From Mobula hypostoma (Eukaryota), in NCBI RefSeq assembly GCF_963921235.1, contig NC_086097.1, positions 108,130,001 to 108,194,000 of the forward strand: 64,000 nt of DNA, in the 5' to 3' direction. The notes under the pieces were generated by a model, which ran no database searches, had not been told where the DNA came from, and worked only from the letters and a program-made list of their open reading frames with translations. Numbering within the stretch: position 1 is the stretch's first letter; each line of letters opens with the position of its first letter. The position numbers and the translations under genes are program-made. This document shows positions 39,600 to 51,599 of this stretch, piece by piece.

Positions 39600-40300
39600 A
39601 TTGGTGGCACCTTATTAGAGACTTCCTTAAATTTGCCCGGTTGAAAACCCCCTGTGATGATCAAGATGACGTCAGTCTGTGCTGTTGAGTTATTGGCGGT
39701 CTCAGTGCTCAGCAACTCCAGTGTCATCTTGAGGTTCGCCAGGGATGGCATTTACACTGCTACCAGGATGATGGTGGAGAATGCCCACGGCAGATAGTAC
39801 CGATAACACATGATTGCCAGATCGTCCAAGTCAGGGAACAGGACTGAGACAGAACTGCCCCATCTATGCCCCACGATAATTTATTCATGAAGCAAATGCT
39901 GCCACTTATTTCTTTACCTGATGTCATCATCTGGTGAATCCCTCTGTTGTGTCCAGAGTGCTGAGGGATGGATGCCTCTGTGAAGCAGAGGACACAACAG
40001 CAGTCGCACAAATTGCAGGACGAACTTGGCAGTTCAGGCACCATCGACGGAGGGGAATAAGCTGTTGGTTTTTCCAGCTGAGACCCTTCAGGAATGGTCC
40101 TGATGAAGAGTCTGTCTGAAACATTGACTGGTTTATTCCCCTCTATAGATACTGCCGGAATTGTTAAGTTCCTCCTACATTTTGTGCGTGTTGCTCAAGA
40201 TTTTTGGCATCTGCAGTATCTCTTGTGTCTACAGGACTCAACAGTCCCTGATATCTCTACTGCAGCCTTGCTCTGAGGTCAGATTACGAATGTGACTCAC
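39600..40300 (-). mobile_element. Rex1/Babar-like APE-region fragment interrupted by a PLE derivative (about 40075-40230)
   Basis: Minus-strand 'GSICFMNKLSW...AVLSQSCS'. A partly decayed hammerhead lies on + at 40096-40129. Confidence 0.55.
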
Positions 40301-40994
40301 TTCACTTCAAAAGCAGCAAACAGCCCATTAAATCTTTCAAACTGTTGTGGCTATATTAAGAAGAATTCTTTGCCATTCTGTCATGGACTGGGTTGATTTG
40401 ACCCAAACTATTTTGAGTGACCAGGAGGTGTGGGAATAAGCGTACAAGCACAACAATGTAACTTCAGCCTAATAATAATCATAAAGCAGAAAGCACAAAT
40501 AAACCACACTAGATACGACGCGGTAAATTACAAAGATTTCAGGGCTCATGATTCTCAGCCATTTGATTGTCGCCATTGTCGGTGACTTGATTAAGATCAT
40601 AGACCGTAAGGCATAGGAGCAGAAGTAGGCCATTCAGCCCGTCAGGTTTGCTCTACCATTCAATCATGGGCTGAGCCAAATCGTCCAGTCATCCCCACTC
40701 CCCTGCCTTCTCCCCATACCCTTTGATGCCCGGGGGAACTCTGAATTCTGACTTGTGCAATCACCCTGGGTCCATCCTGGGCATCTATCAGTTGTGATTC
40801 TTCAGTCCGGGTAGCGCTCTAAAAACTGAGAGGAAGGTACACTGATAAATAGGAGCAACATGTACAAAATGCTGGAGGAACTCAGCAGGTCAGGCTGCGT
40901 CTATGGAAAAAAGCACCCTTGACATTTTAGGCCGAATCCACAGGCATTGAGGGACGTGCAGAAACAGATAAACGCTTTGGTCTTTTGTTCTCAG

Positions 40995-41147
40995 CATGGT
41001 TTCCTTCATTCGAACAACTCGTGTCCATCAACAGACATCCTCATGCCACTTGTACCTTGAGGCCAAGGAAGACTCCAGCTGCTATCAGCAAACATTAGAC
41101 ATTTACAAGTGCTTAACTTGTACAGATACCTTGACACCTTCCATGCT
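40995..41147 (+). CDS. Candidate internal exon of an unidentified host gene
   Basis: Acceptor tcttttgttctcag and donor gtgagt, 153 bp. Only one frame is open (MVSFIRTTRVHQQTSS...TLTPSML), phase 2 to phase 2. Confidence 0.4.
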
Positions 41148-42093
41148 GTGAGTTCACAGAGTTAGTCAATTGTAGCTGTTCAGACTTTTATCCAATATTT
41201 TAATATAACACAATACACGTTCTGCTGTCCTCCCCCAACTCAGCAAGCTCAAAGCAGAAGTCTAAAATCTCACTGATCAGCTTAATCAGCTTATATAATG
41301 AGTTTTGACCCAGAAATTGGAGCTTTATTCAGAAATAGACATGGTGCTGTCTTCCCACATCCACTGCAGCATTTGGAAAAATTCCAGCTTATTGTATCAA
41401 CTGAACTGATTTTCATTGGAGAAGTAAGTATCAGGCAAGGGGTGAATATGATACATTAGTTCTGTTACATGATTATTTCATTTTATCAGCATCAGTTTTA
41501 ATATCACCGGCATGTATTGTGAAATTTGTTTTGGTGCAGCAGTACAATGCAATACATAATAATAGAGAAAAAACATGAATCACAGTAAGTATATATAATA
41601 AATAGTTAAATTAAATAAGCAGTGCAAAAATAAAAATTAAGAAAGGAACGAGGTAGTGTTCATGGGGTCAATGTCCATTCAGAAATCGAATGGCAGAGGG
41701 GAAGAAGCTGTTCCTGAATCATTGAGTGTGTGCTTTTAGGCCCCTGTACCTCCTAGCTGATGGTAACAGTAAGAAGAGGGCATGATCTGAGTGATGGGGA
41801 TCCTTAATGATGGACGCCGCCTTTCTGAGGCATCGCTTCTCGATGATGTCTTGGATATTATGGAGGCTAATGCCCATCATGGAACTGACTAAGTTTACAT
41901 CTCTCTGCCGATTCTGATTCTGATGAGAGACATTAGTTATGTAAGATGATTATTTAATTTTATCAGTGCTGGCTGAGCTTGTTTCTCAGTTCTTATAAGA
42001 GCTGTACTCTTGTATTTGAACAGATTAGAATTTGATCCACCGTTTTAAAGTCAAATATATGTCAGTGCAACAACTACAGCTTCCATATCAGAG

Positions 42094-42144
42094 CGCAAAC
42101 ACGAGGAAATCTGCAGATGCTGGAATTTCAAGCAACACACATAT
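42094..42144. mobile_element. 51-bp extreme terminal PLE fragment
   Basis: TSD CATATCAGAG at 42084-42093 and 42145-42154. The sequence matches the PLE termini at 36169 and 13670-13714. Confidence 0.75.
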
Positions 42145-42562
42145 CATATCAGAGAATAGCTATTGAAGGAACTGAAATTTAGAAAGGCATGTAATGACAT
42201 AGGTAGGAAGTTTACAATAAAATATTGATTCAAGTACTAAGGAATTAAAAGAAATGTAAATTCTTGAATGAAGCTGGTGTGGTCATCTGGGAAGGTTTTT
42301 TTTGTTACATTGCTGGATTCAGAATGTTACATTAGGTCTCAATAGTCCATATTCCTGGATATAACAGCTTCAGAGAGAACTAGATATGTGATGCTGGAGT
42401 AAATTCTAATTGGGTCTGATGAACCATAACACCTTTTTTAATCTATGCTTTATGTCTTTATGCCAAAACTTAAGTTATTTTTCCAGAAGTAGGTGAAGGA
42501 AAAGCAGAAAACACTATAAATTGCAGTGTAATTATTTAAACTGTTTCCTTTTTTTCAATCAG

Positions 42563-42636
42563 GATAACTGAAGGTGTCAGCACACCTACCCTATCCATGA
42601 GATCCAGAGCATTGTCAAAATGTTCAGCACCAAAAG
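42563..42636 (+). CDS. Candidate internal exon, phase-compatible with 40995-41147
   Basis: Strong acceptor (tttccttttttttcaatcag) and donor AG|gttagt. Only the phase-2 frame is open (ITEGVSTPTLSMRSRALSKCSAPK). Confidence 0.4.
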
Positions 42637-43429
42637 GTTAGTTGGTTAAACATTGTATTTGTGAAAGTAATAGCACAGAAGTTATTCTGCTACAGTTATA
42701 AATTGGAAATGAATGCAAATATTGTCTTTCATGTCTTCCATTTCAAATTTGAATTATTTCAACCATTTCTTCTGTAATAAGGTAACGCCTGATAGATAGC
42801 TTAGATAGCTTGGCTTTGATGGAACAGTGCAGAACAGAAACAGGCCCCTCAGTCAATGTCTATGCCATCTAAACTCATCCAATTTCCCTGCATTATGTCC
42901 TTACCATTCTATGCCTTGCCTTCTAAAGGGCTTGTCTAAATGCATTTTAAGATGTGTTGATTGTTTCTGATTTCTCCACTTCCTCTGGTGCCATGTTCCA
43001 TATATCAAACTAATTCTGTGTTTTAAAAACTTCCCTCTCACATTGCCTTTAAAACTGTTTCATCCAGCTTTAAACCAGTGATGTCCATTTTGATGCCCCT
43101 ACCATGATTCTGACTATCATTATCTATGCCTTTCATAGGTTTATATGCCTCTATCAGGTCAACTCTCAGTCTGCTTCACTTAAGAGAAAACAAACCTTGC
43201 CTATACAATCTCTCCCCGTTACTTAAAGTCTTCCAATCCGGGTAACATCTCCTTTGCATTTCCTTCAGCGGAACCACATTCTTCTAATGACATGGCAATC
43301 AGAAGCTCAAATATGTGTATTTTACTGCTAAGGAGTATTACGGGTTATGGTGATGAACTTAGAGCATGGATCAGTAATTATGATGGTACAGCCATTAACA
43401 AAAACTTAGTTGAGAGAAGGACAAGAATA

Positions 43430-46400
43430 GGTGCTTAATGTTCCAGGGTTTTGATGATTTAGCCACCGGAATATTGGGAAACTGGTATGCAGATAGATTA
43501 GAGAAACGTACAAAAACTTCAAGATTACTGTAGTGGGTGATTTCAATATCCCCAATATATTTATGGGGACCTCCTTAGTGCAAGAGGATGAGATCTGGCA
43601 GAATTTGTTTGGTGATTCCAGAAAGGTTTCTTAAATCAACATGTAGGTAGTCTAACAAGAGAGAAGCCCATACAGGACCTGGTGCTGGGTAATAAGCCAG
43701 GTCTGGTGGCTGACCTTTCAAAGGGAGAATGGTTAGGGAACAGTGATCACAATTCCTTACGTTAAGATAGCTATGAATAAGGATAAGTATGGACCTCGCG
43801 GGAGAGTATTGATTTGAAGTAGACCAAATCACAAGAATATTAGGCAGGATCTAGGTAGAGTTAATTGAGTGTACCTGTTTTTAAGCAAGTCCACATTTGA
43901 CATGTAGAGCATGTTTAAAGACCAACTGCACAGAATACAAGACGGGTATGTTCCAGTCAGAAGGAAGAAGAAAGATGGCAAGGTAAGGAAACTTGAATGT
44001 TGAGAGAGGTGGTGAATATACAATGCCTTAAGAATATTCAGATACCACCACAACTATTTTCACATTTTACTGTCTCATTTTCTACATTTAAAATATATTG
44101 AAGTAGGATTTTTTGAGCTAATTTACAAAACATTGTGCATCATGTCAGATCAAAAGAAACATTCCAAAACCAGTCAACAGTTTACTGAAAATTAAAAATC
44201 AAAGTCATGAGGCTGAAAGAGTATTCATCTCCTTTGTAATTTCTATGCCAACTTTCGTCAGGTGCAATACAATATATTAGCTCACCCACTCACCCAATTT
44301 GCTGATATAGAAAATTGGAGGATCAACTAACTTGAATGGATTCATAAGAATACTGTAAATACCCCCTATTTCTCTAAGGTCCAGCAGTATGGTAGATTTT
44401 CAACAGACCAAACCAAAATGCAGACAAAAGAGCATTCAAGTCAAGTCAGGGAAATAATAATAAAGAAACACAAATCTGGGGAAGGGTGCAAGACCATCTC
44501 AAAGTACTGAACATACCTTGGCACTCAGTGCAATCCATCATTTAAAAAAAAAGTGGAAAAGATATGAAATCACAGCAACACTGCCTAAGTCAGGCCATCT
44601 CTCTAAACATAGTCGCTAGAGAAACATGGCACTTTTAAGAGAAGCTACTGTGACACCAGCAGTCATTCTGAGTGAGCTGTAGAAGTCAGTGCCTGCAACT
44701 GGAGATGAAGTTCACAGCTCCACAATTTCTAAGGCCTTGCACAAAAAGTGTATTTATGGAAGAGTGGCAAGGAAGAAGCCCTAGCTTAAAATAAAAAGCA
44801 TATCCTTGCCCATAAAGACTTGACAAAGTGTCACTTAGAAGATACTCTTAAGCTGTGGAAGAAGGGCTGGTGGCTGGATGAGACTAAAGTAGAGGTCTTT
44901 GGGCTCAACAAATCTAATAACAAATTGGGCACATCAGCCAGGTAATACCATCCCTTCTGTAAAGTATGGTGGAGGTAGCATCATGCTATTGTGATGCTTT
45001 TCAGGAGCGGAGACTGGAAATCTAGTCAGGATTGATGGGAAGAAGAATGCTGCTAAATACAGAGAGATCCTGGTTAAAAAACCTGCTAGCCTCCACCAGA
45101 AAGCTTAAACAGTGGAGGAAGTTCATCTTTCGGCAGGACAACAGTCCAAAGCACACTACCAGAGCTTCGTACAAAGAAAATTGATGTCTTTGAGTGGACC
45201 AGTCAGAGTCCTGACCTTAACTCGATTGAACATCTCTGGCAAGACCTCAAGGTTGCTGTCTGCTGCCGCTCCCCAACCATCCTGGCAGAGCTTGAGCAAT
45301 TTTGCAGAGAGGGATGGGCAAATCTTGCTCCATCATGTTGTGCAAAGCTAGTAGAGACTTATCCAAAAAGATGACTGACTGTAATAACCGCAGGGCATGG
45401 TTCAACTCAGCACTGATCAAAAGAGATTTAATACCTTTTGAACTGCTGACGTTTCAGTTTTTGAATTTTTAGCTTTCCATGCTTTACAATTTTCCTGTTT
45501 TTTGTGGGGTTGTACTGTGGGGGGAAAAAGAGAATGTGATTCACAAATAAGAATTCTCAGTTAAATTGATCAAAATCCCTGGTTGTAATACTCATTCATG
45601 TGAAGCAAGGGTTGGGGGCTGATTATTTTTGCAAAGCGCTGTAGTCAGGAAGAAAAGGGTGTATATGCAATGTTAAGGAAATTAAAATCAAACAGAGCCT
45701 TTGAGGATGGTAAAGAATGGAACTAGGAGAGCCAGGAAGGCCATGAAAAATCTTTGGCAAGTATGATTAAAGAGAACCCCAAACACTAAGGAGGGAGCAT
45801 GTAGTTGGAGACAGAGGATGTGGGTACAGTCTGAAATGAGTACCTTGTGTCAGTATTTATCAAGGAAAATATGGAGCAATAAGGATCAATATGGAGCATG
45901 CTAATACTCTAAGGCATTTTGAGGTAAAGAAGGTGTGTTGGGTCTGTGAAAGAACATCACGATGGATTAGTCCCCATGGCTTGATGGAACATGTTCCAGG
46001 TTATTGCAGGAAGCAGGAGATGAGATTGCTGAGACCTCAACCAATATCTTCGCATCCTCTCTAGCCACCGGCAAAGCTCTGGAGGGTCAGCGAGTTCACT
46101 AGGGTTGTTTCAGTAATTAAGAAGGGAATAAGGATAACCCTAGAAACTGTAGTTCGGTGAATCTTGTGTCAGTTGTAGGGATTTTTAGGGATAGGATTTA
46201 TAGCCATTTGGAAAATCATAGCTTAATTAGAAATGGTCAACATGGCGTTGTGTTGGGGAAGTTGTGTTTTCCTAACTTGATTGAGTTTTTCAAGGAAGTG
46301 ATGAAGGTAGAATGTAGATGTTTTCTACATTAATTTTTATTCAGGCTTTTGACAAGGTCTCTCATGGCAGACTCATCCAGAAGATTGGGATGAATTGGAT

Positions 46401-47170
46401 CCAGAGTGAATTGGCCATTTGGAGTCAGAATTCACTTACCCATACAAAACAGAGGGGTGTGGCCAAAGGGCCTTATTCTGTTTGGAGGTTTCTGACTAGC
46501 GATGTTCCACAGGGATCCGTACTGTGAGTCTGCTTAGATGGGTAGGCTACTAGGTTTGCAGAAGATATGAAGATTGGTGGTGTTGTGGATAGTGTAGATG
46601 ATTGAATTTTGAAGATTTACAGAGGATACAATTGGAAATATATTAGTTGCAGATATGGACAAAGAAATGGCAGATGGAGTTTAACACAGCAAATGTGAAG
46701 TATTGCACCTTGAAGATCAAAATTTAAAAGACAGGACTGTTAATAGCAAAACCCTTAAGTGTTGATATGCAGAAGGATCTTGGAGTCCAAGTCCATAGCT
46801 CCCTGAGAGTGACTAATCGGGTCCACAGAGAGGTAAACAAAGCATATTGGCATGTGTGCTTTTATTAGTCAAGGAATTGAGTTCAAGAGTGGGGAAGATA
46901 TCTTGTAGTTTTGTAAACTTCCTGTTAGGTTACACCAGGAGTAATTAATTCATTTCTGGCTTCCGCAATTATAGGAAAGGTGGTGAAATTTTGCAGAGAG
47001 TGCAAAAGGTATTTACTAGGATACAGCTTAGATTAGAGGTCATGTACTGTAAGGAAAGGTTGGACAAATCTGTGTTGTTTTCTCTGGAACAGCAGAGACC
47101 GAGAGGAGGTCTAATAGAGGTTTATAAGATTATGAGAGGCATAAATAGTTAGCTAGTGTCTTTTTCCCAG
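43430..47170 (+). mobile_element. Old CR1 LINE (APE-RT), split by a Tc1 insertion
   Basis: 'QAFDKVSHGRLIQKI...LTSDVPQGSVL'. The CR1 sequence resumes directly after the Tc1. Confidence 0.8.
44021..45641 (+). mobile_element. Tc1-like DNA transposon, full length (1621 bp), degenerate
   Basis: TA TSD at 44019-44020 and 45642-45643, with decayed TIRs (caatgccttaagaatattca vs cagcgctttgcaaaaaataatca). Transposase remnant at about 44418-45416: MQTKEHSSQVRE..., DETKVE, QDNSPKH, SPDLNSIE. Confidence 0.9.
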
Positions 47171-47487
47171 TACTCTGCCCAACACTCTATCAATTCTCTA
47201 TTAAACCAGCTTGGACAACCTTCCTCACTATACACAACCTGACCAGTTTTCTTGTCATTCACAGACTTACTAATCATACCTCCTACATTCACATCCAAGT
47301 TATTAATGTGTATCAAAAACAGCACTGCTCCCAGCACTGACCCCTGCAGTACACCACTCATCAACTTGATAAATAAATACCAGTGATTAACTCAAAAAAA
47401 GTAGAAGAGCTGAAGAAGACAACTATAGTAATGTTCTTTTTCAAATTTGTGGATATCAATGGCATTTTATTGTACATTCTTTGAGAG

Positions 47488-47550
47488 CCCGATGATTCCA
47501 GGAACATCACTGAAGATGTGTCCAGAAGCATCAATAGATGTATGTACACA
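47488..47550 (+). repeat. 63-bp perfect direct repeat, copy 1 (copy 2 at 51111-51173)
   Basis: cccgatgattccaggaacatcactgaagatgtgtccagaagcatcaatagatgtatgtacaca is identical at both ends of the element. Confidence 0.97.
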
Positions 47551-47758
47551 GCTTACACCCTGAGTTAATCAGTGACAACCAGGAAAGACTGGGTGACAAC
47601 CGCGAAAAGAGTGGTGACAACTGGAGAGTCAGTGACAGCCCGGAGAGACAGCAACCAGGGTAGAACGGGCTGGCAATCCAATCTGCATCCTCTGAGAGGA
47701 GGACCCCCACAAAAGCTACAAAGAATCTAAGGAAAAGATACCCCCGGGGTGCCCGAGA

Positions 47759-50700
47759 GTGGGGGAGGATGAGCACCCCAGTCGGATGGACACAATGACA
47801 TCAGACCCAGGCAATGAACAAATGACGATGAGGAAGCAGTGTGCATGTGGCAAAATCTGCAAGAACGATCGTGGCTTGAAGATCCACCAAGTGAGGATGA
47901 AGTGTTTGGCGGGAGCAGGAGCAGCACAACGCGCAGGTGTCCAGCCTGGTGAGACAAAGGAGGGGCCAGGCCCGGAGTCACCCCATAGTGCCCGGAACCT
48001 CCAAGTGTTGCAAACTAATCCCTCGAACATGAAGTCTAACAGGAGGTGGATCAAATGGTCTGCAGCTAACATGACTTCACTGTGGAAGCAGTTTGATGAC
48101 GATGTTAACCAAATTCTGGAGGCAACGGCGAAGGGAGGGGTTGATAGGAAGCTGCAAGCCAGGACAACAATTATTGTCAGTATCGCAGCTGAACGGTCCG
48201 GAGAAGAGGAGAAGGAAGGCTCCAAAACATCTCACTCGAAGAACCAAAGAGCATCGAGGATTCACAACATCAGGCAGGAGATGAAAGCGCCAAAGTCCCA
48301 ATACTAGGAGGCAGGAGAAGAGGAGCGCATTGGCTTGGCCCAGCTGATGAGCATACTACGAAAGAAGATCAGGGTCCTCCGCTGGACAGAGTGGCATCGG
48401 AGACGGTGTCGTGAAAGGGCCCGAAAACGTGCTGCCTTTATCACCAACCCCTTCAAGTTCACCAAGGGGTTGCTGGGGGAGAAGCGCAGTGGGAAACTGG
48501 CCTGTTCGCACGAAGACATAGACCAACATCTGAAGAAGATATATAATGATCCTGAAAGAGAGCAGGAGTTGGGAGAGTGCGACATCCTAATAGACCCACC
48601 AGAACTGGATGTGCAGTTCGACGTGTCAGAGCTGCAACTAAAGGAAGTCAGAGAGGTCATCTGCAAAGCAAGGGCAAGCTTGGCTCCACGACCAAGCAAT
48701 ACCTCGTACAAAGTGTACAAGAACTGCCCCAAACCCCTGCTGCATCTGTGGAAGATCCTGAGAGTCTTCTGGAGAAGGGGGAAGATCCCAGAACAGTGGA
48801 GAGTGGCTAAAGGGGTGTGGATCTCGAAGAAGGAAAATGCCACCCAGATAGATCAGTTTCGCATCATCTCCCTGCTGTGTGTCGAGGCGAAGATCTTCTT
48901 CAGTGCAGTTTCTAAACGGCTGTGCACCTACCTAGCAAGGAACACCTATATTGATACATCAGTCCAGAAGGGTGGCATTTCAGGGATGCCGGGTTGTCTG
49001 GAGCATATCGGTGTGGTGACACAGCTCATCAGGGAAGCCAGAGAGAACAAGGGCAACCTGTCAGTGTTGTGGCTCGACCCGGCAAATGCATATGGCTCCA
49101 TTCCGCACAAGCTGGTGCAGCTCACACTGACCAAATATCATGTCCCCAGCAGAATCAGAGAGCTTATCGCAGATTATTACAGCAACTTCAGGATGAGGGT
49201 CTCTTCATCAACCTGGCACAAGGTGGAGATGGGCATCATCACAGGGTGCACTATCTCAGTGACACTGTTCTCCCTAGCCATGAACATGCTCATTAAGTCT
49301 GCTGAACCAGAGTGCAGAGGGCCCAGAATGAATTCCGCTCAACGGCAACCACCTATCAGGGCATTCATGGATGACCTCACAGTCACCACAGAATCAGTCC
49401 CAGGCTGCCGGAGGATTCTGCAAGGGCTTGAAAAGCTGGTGGAGTGGGCCCGGATGCGTTTCAAACCTGCCAAATCAAGATCGATGGTGCTGAGGAAAGG
49501 GAAGGTGGAGAACAAGTTCCAGTTCAGCATCGCAGGCACAGCCATCCCAAACATCACAGAAAAGCCAGTCAAGAGCTTAGGCAAAGTTTTTGGCAGCTTT
49601 TAAGGGACACAACATCCATTCAGGCAACCTTCACCGAGTTGGATGGCTGGCTGAAATCTGTGGACAAGTCTGGCCTACCTGGGAAGTTTAAAGCCTGGGT
49701 CTATCAGCATGGCATTCTTCCCAGAATCCTGTGGCCCCTCCTTGTCTATGCAGTTCCGATCTCGACAGTCGAAACCTTAGAGAGGAGGGTTAGCAACCAC
49801 CTCAGGAGATGGCTGGGGCTGCCAAAGAGCCTGAGCAGCATTGCACTCTATGGACACCACAACAAACTGAAACTGCCCTTCAAATCCTTGGAGGAAGAAT
49901 TCAAGGTAATAAGAGCCAGAGAAGTGCTACAGTATAGGGACTCAAGTGACCCGAAGGTGGCTAGAGCAGGGATCCAAGTAAGTACTGGCAGGAAGTGGAG
50001 GGCAGAGGAAGCTGTTCAGGAGGCAGAGGCGAGGCTGCGTCACAGGAGGCTGGTGGGAGTGATCACACAAGGCCGAGCTGGGCTAGGATCCTTTCCAACT
50101 CCCCAGATGGACAACAGAGGGAAGGAAAGGCGTCGTCTAGTTCAGGGGGAGGTGAGAGCAGTAGTGGAGGAGATGAGAGCCTGCAAGGCGGTGGGAATGA
50201 AGCAACAGGGAGCTTGGACAAGATGGGAGAATGTGGTTGAGCGGAAAGTGAGCTGGGCTGATCCATGGAAAGCCGAACCACACCGCATCCAATTTCTCAT
50301 CCAGGCAGTGTATAATGTGCTTCCAAGCCCATCAAACCTGCACACATGGGGCAAGGCAGAGTCATCTGCGTACCCACTGTGCTCCAAGCGAGGAACCCTG
50401 GAGCACATCCTCAGCGGCTGTGCAAGGGCACTTGGTGAGGGACGGTACAGGTGGAGGCATGATCAGGTCCTGAAGACCGTCGCTGAAGCCGTCAGTGCAG
50501 GAGTTGAGTGGGCGAAGCGGTCCCGACCCTCCAAGCAGACCATTGCCTTTCTCAGAGCTGGGGAGCAACCAATACCTGCCAAATGAACATCTGCAGGCAG
50601 TCTGACCTCTGCAAGGGAATGGCAGCTGTTGGTGGACCTCGAAGGGCAGCTGAAGTTCCCCAACCATATCGCAGCCACCACCCTGCGACTAGACATTGTC

Positions 50701-51054
50701 CTAGTGTCTGAGTTGACTAAGCAAGTGGTGCTGTTGGAGCTGACAGCCCCATGGGAAGATAGCTTGGAAGAGGCCTTTGAAAGGAAGCTCTCCAAGTACG
50801 CAGGACTGGTCAGCAACTGTCAGCAGGCTGGATGGAGAGCGAGGTGTCTCCCAGTGGAGGTTGGTTATAGGGGATTCGTAGCCCGTTCTTTAGTTACAGC
50901 CTTCAGCATTTTGAGCATCGAGGGAGAGAGGAAGAGGAGAGTCATCCGCAGTACCACTGATGCGGCAGAGAGGGCCTCAAGATGGCTGTGGCTCAAAAGA
51001 GGGGAGCCATGGAGTCACAAGTATCTAGCCATCTGGACGCAAGCTGGGGTCTGA
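47759..51054 (+). pseudogene. Single ORF (ZnF-RT-RLE) with two premature stops (48305, 50584) and one frameshift (about 49600)
   Basis: ORF pieces 47759-48307 and 48335-49603 share a frame; 49444-50586 and 50629-51054 share another. Confidence 0.9.
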
Positions 51055-51599
51055 TCATCCCCGGCTGGGTCACCTGGAGGAGGTTGTATGATGTTGAAAG
51101 ACCCGAAACACCCGATGATTCCAGGAACATCACTGAAGATGTGTCCAGAAGCATCAATAGATGTATGTACACAACAGCGAGCCATGTTATAGAGAACACT
51201 GTAGAGCACAGGAGCTAGCCCTTAAGTCAATAATGTCCAAGTCAAAAGTGATGCTGATTGAATCTAATTCTCGCTTATCTGAACATTGTCTGTATGCATC
51301 ATTTCCATGTGTGGTCCATATCAGTTATTTCCCTGCACATTCCAGCTACCTGCCACTTGCCTTGTGGATTTCATTTAAACCTTCCCCTTCTCATCTTAAA
51401 CCTATGCTCTCTAGTATAGACTAACTACCTAGCTTGTCTATACCTGTCGTAATTTTATATTCTTCAATCAGGTCGCTCTTCAATCTCCCATGCTCCAAAG
51501 AGAACAATCTAAATTTGCTCAGCCTCTCCCTGTAACTAATGCTCCCTAATCCAAACAGTCTCATAAACCTCTTCTGCAGCCTCGTCAAAGCTTCTATAT

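Larger units (their letters stand above)
47488..51173 (+). mobile_element. RLE-type (R2 group, Hero-like) non-LTR retrotransposon, near full length
   Basis: N-terminal zinc finger CACGKICKNDRGLKIH, RT (WLDPANAYGS, GCTIS, AFMDD), knuckle (Y)PLCSKRGTLEHILSGC, and RLE (RHD, DIVLV, LLELT, RKLSKY). Confidence 0.92.

Noticed and set aside
47571..47657. CRISPR-like repeat-spacer pattern
   Set aside because: The repeats are only 8-9 bp with 9-12 bp spacers, inside a retrotransposon UTR in vertebrate DNA, and there are no cas genes.
51049..51140. Hammerhead ribozyme in the Hero 3' UTR (CTGATCA, GAAAC and CTGAAGA boxes)
   Set aside because: The boxes are not in the order or stem context required to close a three-way hammerhead junction.
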